64,000 nucleotides of DNA. Source: Octopus vulgaris (taxonomy: Eukaryota). The stretch is from assembly GCA_951406725.2 (NCBI GenBank), contig OX597826.1, positions 54,994,001 to 55,058,000 of the forward strand, written 5' to 3'. Below, one piece after another: positions 40,611 to 54,837 of the stretch (positions within the stretch are counted from its first letter, which is position 1; every line of letters starts with the position of its first letter). The notes below the pieces were generated by a model. The model was not told where the DNA came from and did not search any database. It saw only the letters and a program-made list of their open reading frames with translations. The position numbers and the translations under genes were made by a program.

Positions 40611-40865
40611 TGCCTGTCAACGATGTATGTACGTTAAGTACGATACAGAGACGGCCAATGGCTATTGTAATTCACTGGTGCTTCAAATGCGTGAGTACGC
40701 ATACGCACGCACACACATACACACACACATACACGCACATATAAACATATGACAAAATGGTAACGGTAAATATGAGATGCTATAATCAGTGACAATGAGA
40801 CAGAGTCATCCACATAAATTTTAAAACCATGTGTGTTCTGAATCAATACATAATAATAAAACCTT

Positions 40866-41080
40866 CAGGTAGTGAGCTGGGAGAGTGGTTAGCACGCTGG
40901 GGAAAATAGTTAGCAGCATTTCGTCCGTCGTTACGTTCTGAGTTCAAATTCTGCCGAGGTCGACTTTGACTTTCATCCTTTCGGGGTCGATAAATTAAGT
41001 ACCAGTTGAAAACTGGGGTCAATATAATCAACTTGCACTCTTCCTCGAACTTGTGGCTTTGTGTCAAAAATTGAAATAAA
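40866..41080 (+). mobile_element. SINE family B (tail 2)
   Basis: Head and conserved central domain present. Confidence 0.85.
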
Positions 41081-42760
41081 TTTATTGTCAAACTAACTGA
41101 TTTTCTTCATTGGCTTAATACCACATATTTATACTTGAGAGACCTGTATACTCTAATAAATAATATTAATAAACATACTTGCAACGGATTCATATTAACA
41201 TACTAGTGTGTATAACATTTTTACAGTATACAGCTGTGAAACGGCATCACTTATTGTTTATTTCTCAGTGAAATATACCAAACAGTCTTTTACAAACACT
41301 AGCTTTCGCTCAGAACCCCGGTGTCTCGGCATGATTTGGTCTCTTCAGATCGCCATTTGTCCACGGTGTATAGTTGAAAAGTAAATTTAATAGGAATGAG
41401 ATTTCACGTCATGTTGTCGAGGTACTACACTAAATATTTCTAAACAGTTACTTCATTGCTTTATTGTACAAGACAGTTCCTTTTCAATTATAGATTTATG
41501 CCTAGTTATCCATTCAAGTTCCATTACGTGAATAACAACTAGATTTTGTGTTCGATATTCAGTTCAAATACTTCACCCGTGTGGACATATTAAACAAAAT
41601 CGTAGTTGTAATTCAATTCATAATCATGTCGCACCAGGATTAATCTTACCACGAGATACGTTGGTCAGTAGGCTCCTATAATAGCCTCTAGTCGCATCAA
41701 GCTTTGTTAGAGAGATCTCGTCGAAGAAATAGGTTGTGGTTGCTCACTGAATAGATTGCAAAGCACTCTTAACGTCACCTTGTGGCACACCAACATCTAA
41801 AACGTGACTGATTTTAGCGGACCCATTCTGGTACAAGATTTAGGAGCATAGCTTCGGTGAAGAAAATATCACTATATTCCTCCCTCTTTTTTTTTTTCTG
41901 CCAGTCTGATAGCTCATGCAATAAAGGTCACGACTAAACTATCAACAAGCCATTTTGAGTTCAAACTTTATCAAGGTCGTTTATGATTCTTTACTTTTCG
42001 TCTAAATCGAGGATCTATCAGTTAATTACAAAATATAGAAGGTCAATAAATTGAGTCATAGTTCTCCTTTAAAGAAAATAATAATGATAATAATAATATT
42101 AATAATAATGATAATAAAAATAATAATAAAATAATAATAATAATCTCCTCGTGATAAATAAAAAGCACATACAAAAATCAATAATTACATGATCAGACAT
42201 TTTGGATCTAAAATTGATTAATAAATTGCCAAGTGCCAGATTTTTTTTCTATAATTCTTACGTATTTTTTGTTTGTGAAATAAGAAGCTTATAAATAATG
42301 CCACAAGGAACATTAATTCTGTAAGCAGACAAATAAGTTTTACTTTGGTGGCAGTCAGTCTTCTGTTTATTTAATCAAATAACAGAAGTGGTGGCGCTGG
42401 TAGTGACGGTGTGTCGTGGGTGAGTGGATGGGTGTTTTGGATTATGTGCCCGAACACATAAACACATAGGAACAGACATTTTCGCATTCTCACATTCTCT
42501 CATGTAAACATTCACACGCCTGCATACATGCAGAGCACATATACCTACCTAAATACATACATTTCGTGTGTGTGTGTGTCCGCGCGAGCGCGTATGTGTG
42601 AGTGAGTGAGTGAATAAGTGTGTGTGTGTGTCTATGTGTGTGTTTGTGTGTTTGAGAGAACGAGATAGATTGATAGATAGATAGATAAATATATACATAA
42701 GTACATACATGCATACACACACATATATATATGTATATTTGCGTGCGCATATGAGTATAA

Positions 42761-42813
<53 letters not shown>

Positions 42814-43099
42814 CATACACACACGAATGCGTACACACATATATGCATACACACACAGAGAAGCGTCTGTGTTAGTGTATGTGTGCGTGTATAATAAATC
42901 AAAAATGCTTTTAGAAATGTTCAACCAAAATTCTCTCAGATTATTTATATTTAAATTCTAAACAGCTAAAGATTATTTAGTAAATATATTGGCTGTCCTA
43001 TTTATTACATTTATTGAACCCAAACTGGTTCAATCGTTAGCATATGACCACGACTGATTCCAGGACCAATATTTCGCAGCCTGTCCTAGCATCATAGTT

Positions 43100-43518
43100 T
43101 GGATACAGATCACCTCTAAGATCAGAGAGAGCCTCATACGTCCCTAAAGGCCAAGATCGGGCAGCTAGTATCGGGAATGTCTTCAGGCACTCACTGCCCT
43201 CTACAAGTCGAGCGATGCAATCGGTTCTAGGTTAGCTATATGTAGAAATATATCAGTGTGTAAGCGCGATGACTCTCGACGGAAATTGTAGACGTCTGTA
43301 TGGATGTAGTAGATAGTTTGTTACGGATTTGTTTCGGGCCTGTTACTACTATGGATAACTTACAAAAATCTCTGGCCTGACAGAACTATCGAGGAACTCT
43401 GAAATAAACTCCAGAGGCACGGAGATGCGCACAAAGCGACGAAGCAATTCTGCATGCACTCGTCCAGTGCCCAAGTGTTGCTGACTTGTGGAGTTATGTT
43501 GAACAGCTGTTATCACCA
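43100..43518 (+). mobile_element. Decayed L1/Tx1-like LINE fragment (CCHC zinc-knuckle region)
   Basis: Manual translation MDNLQKSLA*Q ... AILHALVQCPSVADLWSYVEQLLS, like the E-x3-H-x4-C-x5-W pattern of L1/Tx1 ORF2; upstream boundary uncertain. Confidence 0.55.
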
Positions 43519-43896
43519 GTACCATTTTAATAATCATCATCATCTTCATTATCGGCGTCGTCGTCGACGTCATCATTATCCTCATCACCATCACCACCAC
43601 CATCCTCCCTCTCCTTCTCCTCTTCCTCATCATCGTCGGCAGCAGCAGCAGCAGTTGTAGCATCATTAGCATCATTAAGATAATTACAGAATATCAATGA
43701 AGTTGAAGTTTTAGATCAATGTAAAAGATTGATGATTAAATAAAGGTCGATACTATCAATTTATTAGGAGAGTATATCACGTGTACACATACATAGGTAC
43801 GTTCATATGTATGTATGTATACATATATATGCCCATATATGTGTGTATGTATATTGAGTATATGGGTGTTTTGTATTATATGTATGTCCCTAAATT

Positions 43897-44217
43897 GTGA
43901 AGGCGTGTGGCTTAGTGGTTAGGGCATCGGCTCACTATTGTAAGGTCGTGAGTTCGATTCCCGGCGACGCGTTGTGTCTTTGAGCAAGACACTTTATTTC
44001 ACGTTGCTCCAGTCCACTCAGGTGGCAAAAATGAGTTGTACCTCTATTTCAAAGGGCCGGCCTTGTCACACTGTGTCACGCTGGATCTCCCTGAGAACTA
44101 CGCTAGGGCTACGCGTGTCTGTGGATTGCTCAGTCACTTGCACGTTAAGTTCACGAGCAGACTGTTCCGTTGATCGTATCAGCTGGGACCCGCGTCATCG
44201 TAACCGACGGAATGCTC
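43897..44217 (+). mobile_element. SINE with family C head/CORE and tail Z
   Basis: GTGGCTTAGTGGTTAGG..GAGTTCGATTCC..TTGAGCAAGACACTT..GTTGCTCCAGTCCACTCAG, then TATTTCAAAGGGCC..GTAACCGACGGA. Confidence 0.85.
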
Positions 44218-44794
44218 CTATGTCCCTTAATAAAAGTGTCACTTCATGTACATATATTTAGGTATAACTACACGCGCATACAGTAGTTCTATATTTATCA
44301 ATGTCGGAAGTCCTCGGTGCAATTTGAATTGGTATTACAAGAATTAAAAAAAGAAGTAAAAAGGAAAAAAACACTATATAATAACGAAAAATGCCTAAGA
44401 ATATAGAAACACCACAATGGATTTTATTTGCTCTTAAAGCCACTCAGCCAGTTCGCCAGGGAAATCTTCCTGTGTAAGAAAGAGATCAACAGCTGCATTG
44501 TGTCTTAGAATAAACCTGTCAGGTCCCATAATATACCGACACGCAGTCAGGTCCCAGAATATACCTACAATTAGAGCGAATCCTTTCATATTTTTGTTCA
44601 TACTCGTTCAGAAATGAGGTCCCATATATTAGTCTGCAGTTAATAATATTTTACGGAGATTTACTTGCATAGCAAGTGACTTGATCTGAGATCGTGTGCT
44701 GGAACGGAAACAACTGCAGCGTGGAAGGTGTTTAATAAGCCATTTAAGAAACACACAAAAACCGTTAGATTCACTTCAACATTTAAATTTAATT

Positions 44795-44841
44795 TGTCAA
44801 AATATTTTTGTCATTTTGCGACCGCAACCTGTTCACTGACA
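44795..44841 (-). ncRNA. Hammerhead-like motif with apparent G3-C8 core swap (degenerate copy)
   Basis: RNA UGUCA-GUGAACA-GGUUGC..AUGAC-AAAAAUAUUU-UGACA: 5-bp stem I, palindromic AAUAUU stem III, G12 reads A. Confidence 0.4.
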
Positions 44842-44896
44842 GAATTCCGTGCTGCATCTGATAAAGTAACAGTTATTTGTTTTATTCCTATAATAT

Positions 44897-45662
44897 AAGG
44901 CGGCGTCTGGTGAAGAGGTTAGCAAGTCTGGCAAATTGCTAAGCGGCATTTCGTCCGTCTTTACATTCTGAATTCAAATACAGCTGAGCTCGACTTTGCC
45001 CTTCGTCATCCGAGATCGTTAAAGTAAGTACCAGTAGAACACTGGGATTGATGTAATCGATTTAACCACCTCCCACGAAATTGCTGGCCTTGTGCCAAAA
45101 ATTTGAAACCGAGGACATAATTTTGTAAGTCGGCGAGCTGGCAGAATCGTTAGCAGATCGGACAAATCGCTAAGTAGCATTTCGTCCGATTTACGTTCTG
45201 AATTTAAATTCCGCCGAGGTCGACTTTGCATCTCATCATTTTGGAGTCTATCAAATTAGTACCAGTTGTGCACTGGTGTCGATGTAATAGAGTAGTCCCA
45301 TGTTCAAAATGTCATGCCTTGTGCTTATGGTTGAGAAACAGTTGTTCTTATAGCTCATTAACGTCATGTTGCTAATATTTTATGGAATAATTTTTCTTAC
45401 TTTGCGAGTCAGAGCCAGTTATTTCTTCTTTCTTTTTTTTTTTCTATATAACCTGACGGATAAGGCGGCGAGCTGGCAGAAACGTTAGCACGCCGGGCAA
45501 AATGCTTAGCGGCATTTCGTCTGACTTTACGTTCTGAGTTCAAATTCCGCTGAGGTCGACTTTGGAGTCGATAAATTAAGTATTTTTTGCGTACTGGGGT
45601 CGATCTAATCGACTTCTCCCCTCCCACCAAATTTCGTGCCTTGTGCCTAGAGAAGAAAAGAA
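44897..45662 (+). mobile_element. Three family B SINEs (~44897-45110, ~45128-45335, 45462-45662)
   Basis: Heads and cores; the last has TSD TATAACCTGA(C/T)GGAT at ~45447 and ~45663. Confidence 0.85.
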
Positions 45663-45684
45663 TATAACCTGATGGATGAATGTT

Positions 45685-45915
45685 GTGGAGGCGATTAGTA
45701 GTTAAAGTGTTGGACTCATGATCGTAAGATTGTGGTTTCGATTCCGAGACGGGGCCATGCATTCTGTTTTTGAGCAAAACACTTCATTTCACATTGTACC
45801 AGTCCCCTCAGCTGGTAAAAATGACTAACCCTGTGACGGACTAGCGTCCCATCCAGGAAAGAGATATACGCTAGAGAAAGCGTGAAACAAGCACTATGCT
45901 CCTTATGGAGTAATG
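45685..45915 (+). mobile_element. SINE family C
   Basis: Matches 15581-15830. Confidence 0.8.
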
Positions 45916-46144
45916 TGTGCACTAATCAAATTAGGTGAATATCCGAATCTAGTTAAAATATATTCTGAATTATGTACATTCATATTTAGCAATTTTTATT
46001 TTCACCAATCATGTGTATAAAGCGGGTAGGTTCAAATAATGTTAACGTAAAATATCTTAATCGATATCGTTTCTAATGGTCTCTTTATCTTCAGATACAT
46101 ATATACATATATACATACATACATACATATATATATATATATAT

Positions 46145-46205
<61 letters not shown>

Positions 46206-46670
46206 CATGTAGCCGAAATTGCAAAGATAATCTGAAACTCGATTCAGGATAGAAAACTCCGAATGATCTGTCCCTGTTTTGATTGTATCGTCTGCCTGGA
46301 TATTTTGTTTTCCTTTTTTTGTTTCACCTAACTGTCTGGGTGATTTGCGTTCTTGTCCCATTTTTGTAATATATATATATATATATATTCATGTCTCATC
46401 GATACAGTTCACAGACAAAACAGTGACGTTCAAGGAAGGGAAATGCTTCAAAGTTGGGTATTGGAAAAACGAAGTAGAATTAAGAAGCGATCAAATTCTC
46501 GTTCATTCAAGCATTGAAGGTATCGGGCAGGGTTAGTAAAATTTAAATGTCTTTTCTTCTGTTTATCGAGGAAGATTTTTATCAAAAAACGCTGGGATTT
46601 TGCTCGTGAAGAACGAAACCATCGATACACTCATGCATACATAATATACAAACATAGATACAGATATATA

Positions 46671-46738
<68 letters not shown>

Positions 46739-46741
<3 letters not shown>

Positions 46742-46947
46742 GGTGTCCCAGAAGTTGCGCATCACCCTGGTTTTTTTAAAAGAATACACCATTATTGATT
46801 TCAAAAACACTTTATTGAAATTAATCGTAACAAATGCTCAAATTGAGAACCCTCTACAATAATACGTGCAGAAAAAATATTGTAAAATAAAATGGTTTAA
46901 TTATTTTTAATGAAAACCAGAATGGTGCGCGTCTTCTGGGACACCCA

Positions 46948-46948
<1 letters not shown>
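46739..46948. mobile_element. Tc1/mariner-type MITE inserted in (TA)n
   Basis: TIRs CAGGGTGTCCCAGAAG.TGCGCA..CTGGTTTT / AAAACCAG..TGCGCGTCTTCTGGGACACCCAG; TA flanks. Confidence 0.85.
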
Positions 46949-47001
<53 letters not shown>

Positions 47002-47022
47002 ATGTGTCTGTGTGTGTGTGTA

Positions 47023-47066
<44 letters not shown>

Positions 47067-47217
47067 ATCACACTTGCACATGTATGTATACGCATTTGCC
47101 AAGGCACATTCACATTTAAATATATAGAAATACATATGCACGAGCCAAGATATACACTTTTGTGTATGTATAGACGTGGGTATATGTACTTATGTATATG
47201 TATATAAATGTAAATAA

Positions 47218-47277
<60 letters not shown>

Positions 47278-47290
47278 ATATATATATATA

Positions 47291-47321
<31 letters not shown>

Positions 47322-47363
47322 TGTAACATGTATGTATGCGCATGCATGCACACATATTATACA

Positions 47364-47403
<40 letters not shown>

Positions 47404-47899
47404 TAGATATGTATGTAATATAACAATGGTTGTATGTTTGTGTGGTGATGAATGTTGAGAGAGCGAGATAGAGAGCGCGAGAGAAAGAGGAAGAGGGAGA
47501 AATATAGGGAAAGAGAGTCACACTTTCAGAGAAACATAGTTAGAAAGATAGAAAGCTGGGTATTAGCATGTGTTTAGTAATTATATTGTGTCATAAAACC
47601 TGCAGCCAAGTGTAATTGTCTGCTCATCATCACGTAACACACCTCCACGTTAACCTACCTCCATACTGGTTGTGCAATTACTAGCTCTATAATTACCATT
47701 CCACATATGATAGGGAGACACCAATGACAACAGCTGTACTATTAACAACAGCAATTAACTGCGACAATTAACAGGAAGGAAGACATTTCCAACAGCATTG
47801 ACAATGAAGAAAATGAAAACAACAACAAAACAAAACAAAAAAAGACTACAACTAAAAATCGCGCGAAGATAACAAAAACGACAACAGCATCGACGAATA

Positions 47900-47968
47900 T
47901 AAGCATAAGAAATAATAATGATAGTATTAATAATAATGATAATAATAATGATAGTATTAATAATAATG

Positions 47969-48019
<51 letters not shown>

Positions 48020-48035
48020 GTAATAATAGTAATAA

Positions 48036-48076
<41 letters not shown>

Positions 48077-48308
48077 TAATATTAATAATAATAGTGATAA
48101 CATTGAGAATGAGGGAGGTTGAGGAAGAAATAGAGGAACACGATGAAAAAAACAATATTCACACTAACAGCAATCAGAATAACAATAATAATTATAGAAA
48201 TAAGAGCAAGAACAACGACAACAACATAAGGTTGCAACGGAATAACAATGAGAACATTCATAGTAACGGCAGTAACACATTTCTAAAAGACGTGTGAAAA
48301 TAAAATAC

Positions 48309-48346
<38 letters not shown>

Positions 48347-48521
48347 TGTGTGTGTGTGTGTGTGTATTTGGGTCAGTCCATATGTGTGTGTGTTTTCCCA
48401 AACATGTGTATTTACATGTAGGTGTATCTACACGTACACACCTATTTATAAGTTTATGCATCCACAAACACACACACATCCACCCACACATATATGTTTA
48501 TGTATGCACACATTCATATAT

Positions 48522-48571
<50 letters not shown>

Positions 48572-48815
48572 GAATACATACGTTTGTTTAGATTAATTAG
48601 GTATACACATATATACATATATATATATATATATATACATTCATAGGCATATTTTGATAAAAGGGGAAGACAGACATTTATAATTGATAGAGATATAGGT
48701 AAGGAGATAGATAGATAAATAGATATATGTTTTAGATAGATTGGGAGTACGACATATAAATAAATAGATAGACAGGCTTATAGATAGTTAGATAGATAGA
48801 TAGTTAGATAGATAA

Positions 48816-48891
<76 letters not shown>

Positions 48892-48915
48892 GTAGATAGA
48901 TAGGTAGATAGATCA
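47900..48915. repeat. Microsatellites: (TAA)n ~47910-48095, (TA)/(TG)/(CA)n, (GATA)n ~48780-48912
   Basis: Visible runs. Confidence 0.95.
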
Positions 48916-49279
48916 GAAACAGACGAACAGACAAATATATATCATTTCTGTCAAGCGCACCTACCACTTCCATAGATGCAACGCCACACATACCCTCTCC
49001 ACTACCTCACAAGACACTACACCTCACCCAACGGCATAACTCTCCCAACCAGAGCACACCCACACACTGGCACACCTCACCACTGCTCTCCAAGCCTTCA
49101 CCTCACATCCTTCCCACAGACTTCAGATATGTATTAAATGAGGAAATAGTTTTAGCCAATCAGTATATAATTAAAAGTGATTATTAGAATATTGTCAAAT
49201 AAGCTTACGAATTAACATATTTCGATAAATAATTAATTTCATATCACGAATTTTGCTGAAATAAATGTGTGCGTATGTA

Positions 49280-49325
<46 letters not shown>

Positions 49326-49643
49326 ACTGTGTATGTGTGTGTGCGCGCATGTGTGTGTCTATGTGTGAGTGTGTGGGAGAGATTGTAAGCGATGTCTTCA
49401 GAGTGCGCACACGAGTGGTCCAGAATGCGCACGTATTTCTCTCCCTTTATGTATGTATGTATGTATGTGAGTATATATTCTTGCTTGTATGTATGTATTT
49501 CTCTGTGTGTGTGTAAAATGTATTCTATGGAATATGTGTGTAGAATCTTCCAAACAAAGGTTAGTTTACTCGGTACATATAATGGAGGCTGGGTTATTTA
49601 CCGGTAATTTCCAGGCATTCAAGATAAAGGCGCGTGATTATTT

Positions 49644-49778
<135 letters not shown>

Positions 49779-50580
49779 TATATATACACATATGCTGCAT
49801 AATATTAAGAAAGTTGTTGTTTTTTTGTCGCAGTCAAATTATTTAAATTAACGCCAATTTAAATTTCAAGCACTCTCAACTCCACGCATACCCCCTAATT
49901 CTTCATTTAATTAATCCCCAATTAATCAACGCAGTATGATGTTACGTTGGGCAGTCTTGGTTTTCTCATCATCATTATTATTAACCATAATATGTACTGT
50001 GAATTGTTTCATTTCTCTTAAAAACATGTCGTTTTCCGAAAACTGTCGTATAACACAAACCCACACACACACATATCCGCACAAATATGCATACATATAT
50101 GCATACACACACACAAACATATCCGCAAAGATATGCATACATATATGCATACACACAAATGTAATTTAATAGGTACTCCATATAGTTTTCATTTCGCTCA
50201 TAGCAAATGTAAGGTAGAACTAGTTTCTAGACTTCTTTGCTCTTCATCAGGGAAAGAATATCCATCAATTGTCAACAAAACAATATTGGCATATAGCTGT
50301 TTGTTAGCGTACACAATTCCAGATGCAGATCAGGTGGATTATTTAATTTCCTTAGAAGCTCATGCACTAATGACAGCAAATCAATTAATTATGAACTACA
50401 CTCTGCTATTTGGATAACTTGAAATTCTAAACCCCTATGCATCTACTGATAACTTGAAATTCTACACCATTATATATTAAGAAACAAACTGACCGTACTG
50501 ATCTTCAATAACTGCTTGAAGAGAAAGGAAAGCTTGGGTTGTAAGCGGTTTCTTCATATTTAACACAGCTAATGTTTGCC

Positions 50581-50666
<86 letters not shown>

Positions 50667-50709
50667 CCTGCGAGGTATGAAGCTTGCTTCCCAACTACTT
50701 TGTTCCAGG

Positions 50710-50746
<37 letters not shown>

Positions 50747-51203
50747 GTGTGTGTGCGTGTGCGTGTGCGTGGCCTGTTTTCGAGTGCGTTTGTCTCTCAT
50801 CATCACTTGACGAGCGGTGTGGGCGTGCTTACATCTCCCGTAACTTAGAGCTTCGGTATAAGACAACGATATGATAACTAACAAACTTAAAAAGAGAAAA
50901 CTATTAATAGGGTCGAATCACACAACTACAAATTCTTCAAAGTGGTGCCCTAGCTGGGCCGCAGCCTAACAAGTAAAAATAAAAGATAAAAGAGAAAATA
51001 CAAACACACAAATACATTCATATTTTCTTCACAATTAATTATAAATTCTTTATGATAATTACCCAATCTGGCACTTGTAATTAACTCCGCTTCAGCATTG
51101 ATGAAACTTACCGATGATTAATGAAACATCATCTAATACACATGTTGCAGTGCTCAAGACAGTAATATCTGATGTTACTTTCATTATACGTAAGGAAGTA
51201 AAA

Positions 51204-51830
51204 GATAGGACAAGATTTGAGTGAGATTTGGATACCATTACAAGAAGGTCGAGCTACTATACTTTACTAGATGATCGAGTTACTATACCTTACCAGATGG
51301 TCGAGCTACTATACATTACCAGAAGGTCGAGCTATTAAATCTTAGATTGGACAAGATTTGAGTGAGATTTGGGCACTATTACAAGAAGGTCGAGCTAGAA
51401 TACTTTACTAGAGGTCGAACTACTCTACCTTACCAGAAAGTCGAGATAGTATACATTACCAGAATATCGAGCAAAAGGCGGTGAGCTGGCAGAAACGTTA
51501 GCACGCCGGGCGAAATGCTAAGCAGTATTTCGTCTGTCGTTACGTTCTGAGTTCAAATTCTGCCGAGGTCGGCTTTGCTTTTCATCCTTTCGAGGTTGAT
51601 AAATTAAGTATCAGTTACGCACTGGGGTCGATGTAATCGACTTAATCCCTTTCTCTGTCTTTGTTTGTCCCCTCTATGTTTAGCCCCTTGTGGGCAATAA
51701 AGAAATAAGAATGTCGAGAATGTCCCAGAATGTCGAGCTACTATACCTTACCAGAATGTCGATCTTCTTCACTTACCAGAAGGTGGAACTACTAAACCTT
51801 ACCAGAAGGTTGATAACTATTCCCTCTTAA
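51204..51830 (+). repeat. ~26-bp minisatellite (AGAAGGTCGAGCTACTATACMTTACC) interrupted by a family B SINE (51474-51710)
   Basis: About 12 degenerate units; higher-order duplication of GGACAAGATTTGAGTGAGATTTGG; the SINE is flanked by AGAAT(A/G)TCGAG. Confidence 0.85.
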
Positions 51831-54006
51831 AAGATTCATTGATTCGTTATTTATTACCTCCATTCCCAACCATGGGTTTAAACTCGGGGCATGACATAAC
51901 TTGATGCTTTTTATTGTTGTCCCTAGAGAGCGAGTTATATGCGATCCTGTTTAATGTTGTAAAAGTTACCGCAGTTCATGGCTTGGTTGTACACGTTCTT
52001 GACGCTAAGCAAATTGCTTTCTTGGAAAAGAGATTTCTTGCTTTGCTTTTGTAATTGGTTTGCAAGATACTTGATATGAATTTGTCTGTTGAATCATATT
52101 GTATTGTATCTCGGGAAGATCATTACACCAACATTTCTCTCTTCTATAAGCACATTCTCTAAAAATTGTTCGGAGGAGGGTTACTCGATTATATCCACCC
52201 CAGTGTTAAGCTGATACTTTATATTATCGACCTAGAAAGGAATTTAAGTACAGTCGACATAGGCGGCATTTTAAATAGAAACATAAAGAGCTAGAAAAAA
52301 AAAAACTCCGCTAAGCATTTTGCCCTCCTCGCTTACGATAATACCAGCACGCTGTCTTCATTATGCCACTAACAAACATAATAATAAACACACGCACTCG
52401 TTGTGCTTCACTTCTTTATCTTTATTATTTAAATTTCCTGTTCTTTTACGTGTACTGATCACTGAGATGCTTAACAAACGGTTGATGATCACCTTCTAAT
52501 TGTTCAAACACAAAATCGGATTGCAAACAATAAGCATATTATCCGCGAATACTGAACTTAACCTTAAGTTCTTGTAAGTCCTATATTAATGCAGTTACAC
52601 GATATATATACTTTAAACACTCAGTACCCAGCTACAGCAGTTAGCAAATACTTATGCTTATAAACAAACACACACGCAGCATTTATTCACACTAAACGAA
52701 TGTCTATAGGCTATTAATAAGCCCAACCACTACTTTAGATTTCGAACGCCGTATGTGGAGGGACATGGCCTTGTGGTTAGAGCAGACTCTCCCCAGACAC
52801 CACAGAACAAACTTTACTATTTGCGAAGTAAACACAGCAATGTCACTCGATACTCTACCTCATGAAGGCCACTACTAGTTCTCACTGTGCACGCAAATGT
52901 GTGCTGCCATCTGTTGGCACGCTACAGAACTAGTCTGGGAATCTTTGATACCACATCGTATGGCGATTGTCTTTTACTGGGGCCCAGTAAGAAACTATGA
53001 ACGACTTAAATTTCATTGTACTACACGAATTCCATTGTTTCGGGCAGTGCCGCCGTTTAGAAGAAACTTAAAGCAACAACCTTAAGATTTGAACTCCACT
53101 TATATTTACAATAATATCGTCGACGCTTATGTGACAATTTGTTAACGTTTTTTGCTATGTATCCCCCGGTCAACCCTGACCGAATATCAATTACTATGCG
53201 CAAAGACGTTCTATACTTGGCCATACTGTATTTTTAGTTTTCCAGGTCCAGTAAGCCTCATTATTGGGACGGTAGATCGTGATATTTGAGAGTGATTTGG
53301 TTGCTATTTCTAGCTGGTACAATAGACACCTAGAGTTCCATCTTGTTTTCTAGAGAAAGGTTGGAACTGAAAGTTATAACAATTTATAGTTAGGAGGACT
53401 GAGCTATGAAGTGCAACATCGACCGTCTTAATCTTCAGATCACAGCATCCTCCGTGGATTCATAACGTTTTGTAAGTACACTCTACAACCAATAATGTCC
53501 AATCGATCTTTAAATCTAACAACAAAGACATAGACTGGCGGAATCTAGAGAGAGTCAAACGACCAGCATCGTTGTAGCACTTTACTATCAGATTTCGAAT
53601 CACACCACCGTCGATTTTTTTTTTATTTGATTTTTCTCTATCCAAGGTTGAACAAATGTGTACCAGCAAAGTATTTGCATCGAGTAAATCGATTTCCTTC
53701 TACACAAAATTTTCTTTTGTGTGGCTATATAAGGAATTATTATTATTAAGTTTAATATCTTCAAAATGTTCTGAACTCAACAGTCTGGCAGCAGTGAAGC
53801 AATGCAATGCGAACCATTGACATTTTGGCTTAGAACTGCAATAACTCATCGTTTTTGCCAAATGTAACCGTTAAACACAGTAAGTACACTTGTAATTTAT
53901 AAGTGCAGTACACCTGTCATTAATTTAACTTTTACTTATTACCTTATTTGGTTGTGATACACACACACATACATACACACACGTGCATATATTCATATGT
54001 GTGTGC

Positions 54007-54043
<37 letters not shown>

Positions 54044-54837
54044 TGTGTGTGTATGCATATTCACGCATACTCAAAGATACGAACACGTGAACGCATATAC
54101 AGATATACACACATGCATGTATGTACACGCGCTCACCTATATGCACACATCTGTATTTGAGAGTGGAAGAGTGTTGTGGAATTGGCACTCTGCAACCTAG
54201 CATCACTCTGTAGAAGCTGTGCACCATATTATTACAAAACCCAATAAATTACTACAATATGTATTCCATTGGAAGCAGTCACCTACCTAAAACAGATGAA
54301 AGCTGTAAATTTACTCTAATTTATGACTAAATAAAGTGCAACAGGAGAGATACACAGAAGCGAAGGGACAGATAAAGACAGAAAGAACGAGAGAGAAAGA
54401 GAGAGAGAGCGAAAGGGAGAGAGAAAGAGGAGATAACACGAGAAACGTTAGTACGTTAAATTTGGCATCAATGATATGAGGCGGTGGGGCTGAAGAATTC
54501 TGAAGGAGAGAAATGATGCATCGTAGTTCTGTAAAGAAGAGGTGAGAGTCAAAGAGTAAATAGAAGAACAAATAAGAAAAGAAAGAGAAAAATATATAAA
54601 AAAAAAATAATAATAATACACGAATGAATAAATGAGAAATAGGAAGCAAAGAAGTTGCTTCGAGGTTATTAGTTTAGTTTTTAATGTCATTTATGAAACT
54701 GGCAGTTAACCTAGTCGGTTTGATAATATGTTGCGGTATTTGACTATAATTATGGTACACGAATAAATACATGCGTTATACATGTACAACGTATAAGCGC
54801 ATGTGCACGGAAACACACACCACTTGCATAAATATAT

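Noticed and set aside
51243-51830. 26-bp repeats of CRISPR-like length
   Set aside because: The units are contiguous and degenerate without spacers, which makes this a minisatellite
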